The notes under the pieces are model-generated. The model was not told the DNA's origin and made no database searches. It saw nothing but the letters and a program-made list of their open reading frames with translations. A program made the translations under genes and the position numbers. A stretch of DNA of 63,995 nt, counting the filler, from Dirinaria sp. TL-2023a (lineage: Eukaryota), in assembly GCA_051941275.1 (NCBI GenBank). It is 3 parts of 3 records of this genome, joined end to end, with 100 filler letters (N's around TTAATTAATTAA, not from the genome) between each part and the next. Parts side by side here need not be neighbours in the genome. Positions count along the whole stretch, not along the records: positions 1 to 22,070 come from JAVEBF010000237.1; positions 22,171 to 44,225 come from JAVEBF010000238.1; 1 more part is not named here. One strand, given 5' to 3'. Positions 11,600 to 22,537 of this stretch are shown one piece after another (the first letter of the stretch is position 1; each line of letters opens with the position of its first letter).

Positions 11600-14500
11600 A
11601 CAGTATTGCGCTACTGGTTTCCTAATCCTGATACTGTCAACAAAATGGCAAAACGAACTATGGCTAGTGCACATTCTGGAGCTTCCCATTGAAATTTTCG
11701 GAGATCGCTGCTTGGATTGCCTTTCAGCTCAAAAGCTTGCTGTTGCTGGAAGCCTGTCGATGGCGCTAGGCCGGCGCCCGTGCAGAAGATGAGTACAAAG
11801 TATTCTTTCTAATCCTGGTGGAATTGGTATCGGACTAGCATGCTGTTCGCCTTTGAGAACGACATCGACAACATTACTGGGTTGAATTCGAGTGTCGTCA
11901 CTTTTGACTCGAGGTTTCAAATGGGGTAAAACCATGACGTTTTTGCCATTCAGAGTGAGATTAACGGAGGTAGCGAGGTCTCATCTTGAATGTGAAAGTA
12001 TTCGCTGCCAGAATTCCGCGCAATTTTCGGCTTCATCCAAAGGTTGATAACCATACCTCAGGTATATGGACTGCTTACTGGCGAGTAGCGCATGGTAAGT
12101 ATGACTTCGCTCGTATCGTAGACTTTGTCTGTTGGAGGAAGCGCTCTAGACCGTACAAAGCTTTATTAATGACATCTTGTGGTATTCCTTTCTACATTTT
12201 CTCGTAAATTCATCAATCATCCATTGGCTTGAGTTCTTTTCTCATTTCTGAGCTCGATTGTCTACCTTTGCTGACGTTGCCTTTTCCTCAAAGGAACAAA
12301 TGTAGAATCGAAGGTTAGAGGCATTTCCAGAAACGTAGACCGCAAATCATCAGTTGAAATGCCCGAACTTGAAAATGAATCCATGTTGTGCAGGAAAATT
12401 GATTTCACCTGTTGGTGTGTACTACATTGCTGTTACCAGCCTTTAAGCTGTGTAATGGCGGCAATCATTGAATACCTCTGGATATGGTCTGAGCTCGATT
12501 GACAGCATCAAGCTCAGACAATTAGCCTGATTATTTCCAACATGTCCAGTACTAATCTTGGAAACAAAGTCAAATCCAAAAATCAGAGTTCCCGAGCCAA
12601 ACATCAGTGAAGCACCATATGAATGCAGTCAGTCGAAGTCGGTAACTTTAAACCGACCACTTCGATACGATAGATAGTCGGAGGATGCTATAAAGTAGAT
12701 AGTGTCGAAGCTGGATGCTGACGAAGTGACAGAAAATGCCTCAATATCCACAGAGAAGCTAGGCTCACGAACGATTATACAGAAATAGCTCCAACAAATA
12801 TTGTGACATTTAGGACTACAAAAGTGCGACTGCATTGTTGCTTGAGCCGAGACAGATGGATGAAGCCTCATTCTCGTTATGCGGCTCATGCTCGCTCGTG
12901 TAATGTTCTATTTTCGACGCCTTTCGGTATACGAAGATACTCTCTGATGAAGCCGTTTGTTAAAGCCGGAAAGAGTATCTTCGAAGCCGCTTAAGACCGA
13001 GGATATGCGAGATCGTGTTACTCGAGTGGTGTTTTTACGGTGCAAAGAAGCCGGTCAAGAGAAGATTCTCGTACATGTTCGATAGAGCCTCGTTTGGCTC
13101 TTGTTTTGGCCGCTGTAGGAACTCCTCCAAGGCAATGCTTCCTCGCGGCTGGACCACTGCTGGCATATTAGTGCTCTATTGCCCAGAACATTCTCGGAGG
13201 CCAACAATGTTGCTATGAGCGCCGTTGGCATGGGTACACCTGCTACTCTCGGCGTGTTCATCAAGAATGTTCATTTTATAGGTTTTGACAGTGCAACCAG
13301 TTCGCCGCCCTGACTGCATCAGATTAGACGTGATAGCACAGCAATACCGGCCGTGGGTAGACATTGTCTAATATAAATGTAAACGGAGTAAGGTAAGGTA
13401 AAGTATGGGGGACTGTGTAAGGCACTTGTGGAAGTGCTAGCGGATTCATTTTTGGTAGTTGCATGCCGAGCTTAAGTGCCTTGTAGACAACGTATCAGAA
13501 TGATTTTGTTGGACGACAAGATGATTTTAGAGATCAATTCTATGTGAATCAGGCAAAGCAGCCCAGAAAAAGTATAATGATAAAAATTTGCAGACTGCGG
13601 ACAGTACTCGTACGAGTACATGACTGCGGCACAACCTAATCGATTTGTGACTGAATTTTCTTCAGACAACTGATATGTCGACTTGGTTCGCTTGAAATGA
13701 CAAGCAGCAATGCCTGATCACAAACCCTGCCATACACCCAGTAGAGACCGGAGGCGGACAAGCATGCAATGAATGTCCATTATCATTGGCAATCTGATGT
13801 ACGGGCAGCCATCCAAATCAGGTTATATCTCAAAAATGGCGGCTTTACGGCACGGATTGTGGTAGCGTAGCACTTATTATCGTGCTCAGCTCCTTCAAGA
13901 TCGATTTAAGGCAGTATCGGATCGTGGGGCTCGAACACTGCTGCTATGTGACAGTCGTGTGGTGATCGTGAAGTAGTATTGTCTACCACTCCACGTCTGC
14001 GGGAGTGCTGGGGTTCTGTCTGTATATTGTTGGCTATGCCTCTTGGATAGAGCAAAAGAGGTTCGAAGGTAGTTGCCTGTACTTACGAAGAGATGAATGA
14101 TCATGACTTTGCGACTGTTAACTCGTTCGAGCGTCTTTCAGAATGCCAACAGGGATTATCTGTACTCGATCATAACATGGGCCGTCTGCTCAACTTCAGG
14201 TCCTCTTTCCGTGAGGATCGGGACCTCTTTGAGCGAGAGAAAGATTGACAAGGAACCATTTCGTGTACAGTCTACTCCAAATTGCTGGAGGCGTATGGAG
14301 AGTGCTTGGGTACCAGGAAAGATCAGGAGAATGCGGAGCGAAGAGCAGAGCCCGGTTACGTCTCCTGGATTCGAACCCAGAGTACAGTTGCAATTCAGAG
14401 GAGGAATGGTCGACCCCCTTTGCCATGCGCGAGTCTCACTCGGCAAGATCTGCTTTGTTCGTGTCTGTGTTGTGATAGTGCAGGTGTTTAGCAACAAGCC

Positions 14501-15962
14501 AGGCAAAATCTTGACTTGCTTCATACAAGCATGTTAGTGCAACCGGCCAAACTAAGCTGAAACACAGATGATGTTGATGTTAAGGGGACTTCAGCTCTCG
14601 CGTGTGGGGAGTCGTTGATATTATTACATGATCTCAACAGTGGTATTTGGCCTGCCCAAAGTAGACTGATCAGTGATGCAAGACCAACCTTTAAGCCGTA
14701 CAAGACCTAACCCTACAAGTATATGATCATCAGGTACTGGTATCTCTCTCTCTCTGTGGTGTGGTACCTCACACGGGACAATAAATGTGATTGTTAGACT
14801 CTGATTCTAGTGTGTTTCAGTACCACATGGCATAAATGTCGATCTCCTTTTATACTAAGACTGGCGTTTGAGTCGAGAAATGGGAGGTTTAAACCCCGCT
14901 TTTTCGGTAAAGTAGAAAGAATATTGGCGAACCCTCGTGGCAACCCGTCTCTAGAGTTCATAGCGTGATAGCTTAGGACGGCTGGTATCAGGTATGGTCC
15001 ATCAAGCGGTCTAGAGGGAAGGTAAGGTACATACATGTACATTACCGTCCTCCAAGCGAGGGTTGGTAGATGCTGATTGCGTGCTCGTTGTTCAATGCGG
15101 CGCATTCGGCCTTTCCAGCTTCATTCATTATTGCTATTACTTGAATTATCCTTTTACGTTCCAAAACCAAAAAGGACGCGACCCACAACGGGGCAGACTT
15201 CCTCGTCTCCACAACCTCGGAGGCTTTTCCTGAGTTAGACTTGACCCGGCGCTGTGATGCCATGTCTACCACAGATTGTAGGCCCGCCGTCTGCTCTGAA
15301 ACCCGTCATTGTGGAGCGACGTTGGAATCGCCCGCCCACCTCTTTGCTCTGAGTGGTGCAACAAGCACCCACATTATTAAGGCGATACTCCGCACACCCT
15401 GGTAAAGTAGAACAGGATTCTTGGCATTGCAAAATGGAGGTGGGAAGGTGGGATTGGGTTGTCGGGCTTATCGGCCGGGACAGTTGCAAGCATCATGAAA
15501 GTAGTAATAAAAATCATAATATTTGTTTGCTTGAACATGTAAACCACTTACTTAATTATTCAAAATCCATTTAATCTCAATTGTTCATAAGCCTCAGATC
15601 CCATTGTCGGAGCCGTACTCCATGAGGTAAGACTGTCACCCAAATGGGAAGCGATTAGCTGCCATGAGTACAACCGTTCACCACCATCATGTCGATCCTA
15701 CAACAACCAACGAGATCATTGTTGCTCCTCCAAGGGACTAACATAAGGCAAGTTGGAAGTGGAAGCACCAAGGTAAGGTAGCCACTGAGCTACATTATCC
15801 AAGTATGGTTTGAGATCTCCAGACAATAGCGTTCCCTACCACTGTCTAGGTCAACGTCCGTTGCTCGCGCTTTGTTGAGATCCGTTGAGGGTTGAGATTA
15901 GAGGCTCCCCTAAGTCAGGCTACGCCGCTACGGCAAGCCGATAAGCTTCCCCGATAATGGTT

Positions 15963-16016
15963 CTTGGGTCTTGGGTCTTGGGCTTGGGCTTGGGCTTGGG
16001 CTTGGACTTGGGCTTG
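15963..16016 (+). repeat. Imperfect (CTTGGG)n hexamer repeat
   Basis: cttgggtcttgggtcttgggcttgggcttgggcttgggcttggacttgggcttg. Confidence 0.9.
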
Positions 16017-18935
16017 ACGAACGAGCTGGCGGATGGCATAATTATTGCAAGCCAGGGCAGAGTCTCAAAACCTAAGATGGGGCTAGTGGAGTTTTCATGC
16101 CATGACGCTGTTAATTTGAGGCAGGCAGCAGTACAGTAGAGGTATGATGCGAGGCTGGGATGGAAGCTCTGGTCGAACCCGAAATGACCTCGTTGCCGTT
16201 TGGTAGACGCGATACGCCAACCCCAGCAGCCGCAGATAGAATAATGCCACTGCTGGGCCGCCAGCTGTCTGTGCCATGCGGGCCTTGGAATTAGGTATGG
16301 AGACAAGCAACACGAAAGCACACGACCCTGACAACGTCAACAAGTCGAAAAGCTCTTACGTACAACCTGGTATTCGTTCCTGCGTCCGCCGTTCCTGCGT
16401 TAGCTTTATCGAAATGGCCAGGGTTCTGTTTTGATCTGCTGATTGGCCGGCCTGGCGCATCTGATCCCAGCACCGCAAGGATGGTGCATGGTTATCGTCG
16501 ACTTATCGGAGAGCCTTGCTAGTAACGCATGGTGACGAAGCTGACGGCAAACAGCGAGGCAAGGTTCGGAAGTTAGAGCGGCGGAGGCCACTTGTCCACT
16601 TTGGCTCAAGGGCGTGCGACCCTGGAGCTTCTGGAATCCTCGCTATGTTTAGCAGTCAAATATGTCGGTGGAAAATGGAAATACGAGAATTATGCAACTA
16701 TTCGCTTGGGTGCATAAGTGTACGTCTGTCGATGTGAGGTTGATTGCAATAAAGTAGCACATGTCTGTCCTTGACACACGCCGCAACACCGCCCATGGCA
16801 CTCGATATGCCGTCATGGTATTACAGAAGGTTGCCTTCGAGACACGTGAAGCGAGCTGAATCTTGCTCTGATGTAAGACATAAGATCCAAAATCGGTGTC
16901 GAGTCCGAGGAAGCCAGGTCAATGATGCCGAGCTCCCAGCACAGTACAGCAAATGTGGTGCTCCGAATCGACGCACCGCTTCATGATTCACCACAAAGTT
17001 CGATTTTTGACGAAAGAAGGTCGTTTTTCCAACAGATCATAAGCAACGGTCAGCGGACTATCCGCTTCCCGTCATCCTTTCGAATGCAAGCAATAGTATC
17101 CATCCTTTGAGGGATGCGCTTAATCAATAATGACAGCAGCATTGGCCTCTCGATGCGCTGCACCAATGCCAACCTGGCGCTTCGTGATTGTAGTATTTGT
17201 ATACTTTGCGAGCCCCGCAGCATCTGTGTGTTGTGGATCCGCGGACGAATCTAGGCGCTTGCTATGCATCTACTCTCACTCGTACACTGTACCTCCGGAC
17301 GGTGCCTTGCTTAAGACCAAACCACACGTCGACTGACAGACGCCCGGTGCCTTGCATTCGGTTCTGACATCTTGGAAAAGTCACGCACGGTTGCGATTTC
17401 ATGTATGGTCTTTCTGGAAGAGTAGGATGATCAGCACTACTCCGGCACAAATCCCCAAATCCTTCGCTGGAACGGGAGAACGGCTGGTCGTGCCTTTTTG
17501 GCTGAAGAAACTTTGCCGCGCGTTATCGATAGGTTGCCCCTCATCACCTACCCAGGAACGGGTTTTCCTTTTGTCGCAGAGTCTCATCCGTTTTCTAGAG
17601 CCTCGAAATCCAAACGGGTAATAAGATGAAGTCGGGCATTCGTGGGATCTCCGAACCAATACACCTTATATCCAGGTGCCGACTGACCTGACGTTGCTGC
17701 CCATATCGAGACTTTCCGACAGCTGCTAGACGTGTGAAACTCTTGGTCTGGCGCTGCAGAATTATCGTATTATCGTGTCACGGCTTGACCTTAACTCACA
17801 TGCGCATGCATACTTTCTACATCTCGCAGGTTTGGGGATGCTTCATCGAATCACAATGGATGGCGATACCCTTGTGTGAGGCGACCGTGCCTTGGCCGCA
17901 GCGGGTGGGACCCTTTCATGACTCGAAATGTGTGATTCGTGGCCACATGGAGCTTCTGCGAGGAGACTGCGAAAGAAAGCACTGAAGCAGCCTCTCTTCG
18001 TTCGTCGCCACGCATCCTTGTCAGCTCTTCTCGCCGCTTGAACGCCGAACATGCCTGCCGCTCGTAATTTCCCAGCGGCACCACATGAGACCACATCTTC
18101 CCTGTTCCGTTCTAGGTTTCTTCTCGTCTCACCTTTTTCCTTCTGGTGCCTTGGTGTTAGCGGGACGCTTGTGTTTATGCAACATTATGATCGCTCGGTC
18201 CACTCATTGCTCAGGACCAGCCAGCTCAGCCATCACAAGGGCCGACTGCTGCTGCGTCAGCCCGGCAGAGACACACCAAGAGGGGTAGCATCAATACCGG
18301 CGCCGCCAGTGAGATACTTTTGGCACACGATGCCTATTAGTGCATGCGACCGGGATTGAGTGGAAACTGCGCCATTCACATCCTCCCGAATCCCCATAGA
18401 GCAACCGCTTGGCTAGTCTGCTTCGTAGGTCCTAGGGGACTTTTTGGTCTTGCCTTCGCCTAAGTGGTCGAGGGTTGTGCTGGATTTGTGCCAGCGTTAC
18501 TTTATCCGCCTGTGCCCTCCACAATCCACCTCTTTTTTTTTTTGTCTTCTCTATCAACAGGTTTATCCTCTTGTCGACAACCAGCTTTTTCTTTATCCAT
18601 TCTTAATTTTGTGCGTCGTTCATTTTGGAGATTATTCGATCCAGCACTTTCATTGCGTGCCTGTTTCGATACTCTACTCGTCACTCTTTTGACAGTCTCT
18701 GCCACTCAGACATCTTATATCTCGTATAATATCTGTAACACATACTCGAATCGTACTGCTAGCGTCCAGCAACATCGATTTGCAATAGGACATATTCTTA
18801 CTGTGTCGTGCAATTTACACTTGGAAATACTTCCTAGCTTCCATATCTAGTTTACGTATAACAACAAACGCACCCGAACATACTCACAGGAAAGGCCGAG
18901 ATCGACCACCAGCGATACAATTAGCTAGGGGTTGA

Positions 18936-19016
18936 ATGTTCCAACATAGGGTCAGTGATCGGTTTTCTGTGTTTGAGAAGGTAACACAGGCTGACGACTC
19001 TGCTCTGTAGCGTTAA
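18936..19016 (+). promoter_or_regulatory. uORF (MFQHR|R*) spanning a 5'-UTR intron (18951-19010) of seb1
   Basis: ATG at 18936, donor GTCAGT at 18951, branch GCTGAC, acceptor TAG at 19010, then CGT TAA. It is the only ATG between about 18346 and the main ATG at 19043. Confidence 0.55.
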
Positions 19017-19042
19017 AGACTAAGCTGGAATTATTGAAAGTG

Positions 19043-21090
19043 ATGGCTTCGACGCAACCTCAGCTCCTAGGCCAATCGCCGTTCTTCTATTATAACCCAG
19101 AGACCAGCACAGAGCATGGCCAACATGCCCTTTTCTCTACACAACCAAATTCGAGCTCGGAAGGTGCTCAGATGCAGCAGTATCAGCAACAAATGTACCA
19201 CCAAACAATGATGGTGCCTGGACAGGCGCAAACGATCTATACACGGCCATCTTCGTCCGATGCTTCGGCCTACCTGCCTACGAAAGCAAATTATCCTACA
19301 CAGTCTGTTCTTACTCCGTTGGCGTCTCCCCGACCGCTACATCAGAAGGCGACGTTTTTGTATCAACATGAGGGCCAACATCTCAGCCTCGATACTGGAT
19401 GCGCTACTCCTGATGTGTATGTTTACCCCTCGACGCCACCGTTGTCTGTGTCCGGAAGCAGCACCAGCAGCCCACCATCCACCTGTGGAATACTCCCCAC
19501 ACCAGTCACCGGGAATCTGTTTCCTCTTGAAAATATCGAAGGTGTGAAAGAAGGGTGTGAAGGTGAAGTGCAGTCCGAAATCCTCGCTGGCGGGGAATGG
19601 ACGCGCTGTTGCTCTCCTCCACTGACACCTGGTACGTCTGATCTACCCCTTCCCTCTCAACCATTCGTTCGCATTGCGCTACCAACATATGCTATCATAT
19701 GTCAAGCAAGCCTATTTTTATTTATTTTTATTTTTTTGTGTTTTTTGCTTTTCCATTTTTTTTTTGGTTTTTGGGCTTGGCAGGATTTTGGTTAGTGGAC
19801 TTCAGCTGATCCGGCTTCGCGCCCGCAGTCTTCATTCACCCGCCCTCGGTTACCGCTAGCCAAGCCTCCGACCTCCTTTCCATCGAATCCTGCCCATCTC
19901 TCTCTCCTTCTCCTTCCCCAATACCACAACCAATCGTGTCAACGACAGACTTTAACTTTTGCGATCCGCGCAATCTTCTCGTTGGCTCTGCAAACACTAC
20001 TCTTACGAGTACTGCTGGCGATTTCCCAGCTTTGCCAACTCTTTGCTCAGGGGATGACGAAGAACACAAGCTCATCCTCGGCGACTCAGCTTTCACAAAG
20101 CCTGAATCCCGCTTCACCAACACACTCGCCTCCACTGCAGCAGCAACTCTAGGTGGTCTACCGGCTTTCGACACATTCTCTGACCTTGATTCAGAGCACG
20201 ACCCGGCAGCTCCATTGGCTCGCTTCCCCGCTTGTGACCCGACTGTGTTCCTTGGCAATAAGCGACAACGGCTTGATCTTCTTCCATTTGATGACGAGGA
20301 GTTTCTGAGCGAAGATTGCTTCGAGGACTTGGAAGATACTGAGCCGCTTGTAACACCCGGACTCCCTACCCCCCCGGATTCCCGTCGCACATCCGAAGAT
20401 CACTCTGTGAAAATGAAGTCCAAGAAGAAGAGCCCAGCCAAGAAGGCTAAGAAGGCAGCGTCGTCGAATGATCCAGCCCTCGCAAATGTCCCTATCGAAC
20501 CTGCCAAGTCTACTGCCAATGACTCAACGGATAAGCAAAATTCTGCCACACAGCAAAACGAGTCTGCCTCTGAAAGCCAGGCTGTCTCGGCTGAGGGTAA
20601 TGGTGTCAATGATGCAGAGACACCCTCAGCCGGACAGCAGCCCGTTGCCCGCCGTGGCCGCAAGCAATCATTGACAGACGATCCATCCAAAACATTCGTC
20701 TGCACGCTCTGCTCGCGCCGATTCCGCCGGCAGGAACATCTCAAGCGCCATTATCGCTCACTGCATACTCACGATAAGCCTTTCGAATGCAACGAGTGCG
20801 GCAAGAAATTTTCGCGAAGTGACAATCTCTCGCAGCATGCACGCACTCACGGGAGCGGTGCGATCGTAATGGGTGTCCTAGAAGATGGTGAAGTGCCACC
20901 TTCAGCGAAACCGGAAACCATGGACGGTGACACTGGTGCACTCGGAGCCGTGCTCTTCGAAGCCGCTCAAGCAGCCGCAGCCAGCGCGTCGAGCAGCTCT
21001 TCATGTGGCGGTAGTCCAGTACGAGGTAGCACGAGTCCCGCCCCGTCGGCGGAAAGCTCGAAACCCAAGAAGAGGAAGAGAGAGGACTAA
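19043..21090 (+). CDS. seb1: C2H2 stress-response transcription factor Seb1/MsnA (Msn2/4-like); exons 19043-19631, 19829-21090
   Basis: PFFYYNP N-terminus, [24 protein letters not shown] across the intron, [74 protein letters not shown]. Confidence 0.92.
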
Positions 21091-22070
21091 AACTTTTATC
21101 CGTCCACTAGGAGGACGGATCTGTAACATATGTACAACGAGGTTTACGACGCGATGTGGTACTCGGCTGGTGGAAGGGATGACCCCGAAAAAGTCTTGTT
21201 TTGCACCTATGACCGGGACATCCTCCACCTTTTAGAAGCCGTACTAGAAGGCGTTTTTCTTTGACACTGAGCAGCAGCCACAGAAGGGTGGTTTGCTCGG
21301 GCAGACTTGACATCTGTTTCGGCATGCTTTGCATCTGGCTAAGAGTTCAGCGATGGCTCGCAGCTTTGCCGTCTACTTTGTTTTAATGGCAGCACGAGAA
21401 GCAGGTCGACTTGTTCGCTTATATTATTTCATTTTACATTTCACTGTATTTGTGTGGGTAGCATCCATGTCGCTCTGTGCAGGTCACTTAGCTTCATTGC
21501 AGCTAGAACAAATGAAGTAGCATATATACGTCGTATCATGCTCTACTTGCAGACTACCTTATGTACCTACCTGTAGCTTGGTTACGTCGTATGCACCTTT
21601 TTGTGAAAATGATCATGTGATTAACGCTTCTAGTAGATATACTCCAGATTTCGGTGAGTAGTGACTTATTATTGAGATTTATGTATCCGGCCCTGGCCCC
21701 TGTTCGTCGCATGGCTCTCGAACAACAGCCAACTAGGCAAGCTACCTTTGGAGCAGATCTTGGTGACACTCTTAACGGAGTAATGACCACACATGCGAGG
21801 CGGCCGTTGCAGCTCAAAGATGCTCAAAATAGCCTCGAATACTCGCACACATTGATGAGCAGTCGCCCCCGAAGATAGTAATTGACCATACTATCAGTGG
21901 TTCCGCCATACCATAAGTACTTCCACAAGCCATGGATACACACCCACCTCCTCACTGCTGATCTGGAGCTATCCCATCAAATCTCCCTATCTACAAAGCA
22001 ATCTAAAAGACCATTTTCATCATCTCCCTTTTCTCCCCTTCAGACTAGAACCCTCCCCAAAACCACATAC

Positions 22071-22170
22071 NNNNNNNNNNNNNNNNNNNNNNNNNNNNNN
22101 NNNNNNNNNNNNNNTTAATTAATTAANNNNNNNNNNNNNNNNNNNNNNNNNNNNNNNNNNNNNNNNNNNN
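22071..22170. other. Artificial contig spacer N44-TTAATTAATTAA-N44
   Basis: Exactly 100 nt with a six-frame stop linker at 22115-22126; same layout as the second spacer. Confidence 0.97.
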
Positions 22171-22372
22171 GACAGGAGGAAGGATTTCTGGTGGGAGGTG
22201 CGTAAGGCACGGTTGGGGTTGCTTGAGGTCGGGGAGGAGGAGGCGAAGGAGGTGAGTTTTTCTTTTTTCTTTCTACTACTGCTACTACTACTACCGTTTT
22301 TTCTGGGGCTCCGTGGGAAGGGATAATATTGAACTAACTCTCGACTTGATGCAGTTTATGTCTTTCAGGTAA
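22171..22372 (+). CDS. 3' fragment of an unidentified gene truncated at the contig start; exons <22171-22251, 22355-22372
   Basis: DRRKDFWWEVRKARLGLLEVGEEEAKE|FMSFR*. Donor GTGAGT at 22252, branch CTAAC, acceptor CAG at 22354. Confidence 0.6.
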
Positions 22373-22537
22373 TTACCGCTATTGGTAATCGTAGCCTCGA
22401 AATGTCTTCTAAACGCAAATCATTTGGTACACGCATCGCATCTATTGATTCGCGCATAAATAGTCTCTCCTTAGAACCTTGCAAAAGCCGGTCCTCGACG
22501 GTCAAACCACCACCACCGTACCGTACCTTACCTTACC

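Noticed and set aside
14355..14432. tRNA-like A box (TGGCAAAGGGG) and B box (GGTTCGAATCC) on the minus strand at tRNA-like spacing
   Set aside because: Acceptor and anticodon stems do not pair and the T stem has a mismatch. At most a relic or a chance match.
22115..22126. TTAATTAATTAA palindrome as a biological site
   Set aside because: It is centred in N runs and repeated identically, so it is an assembly linker.
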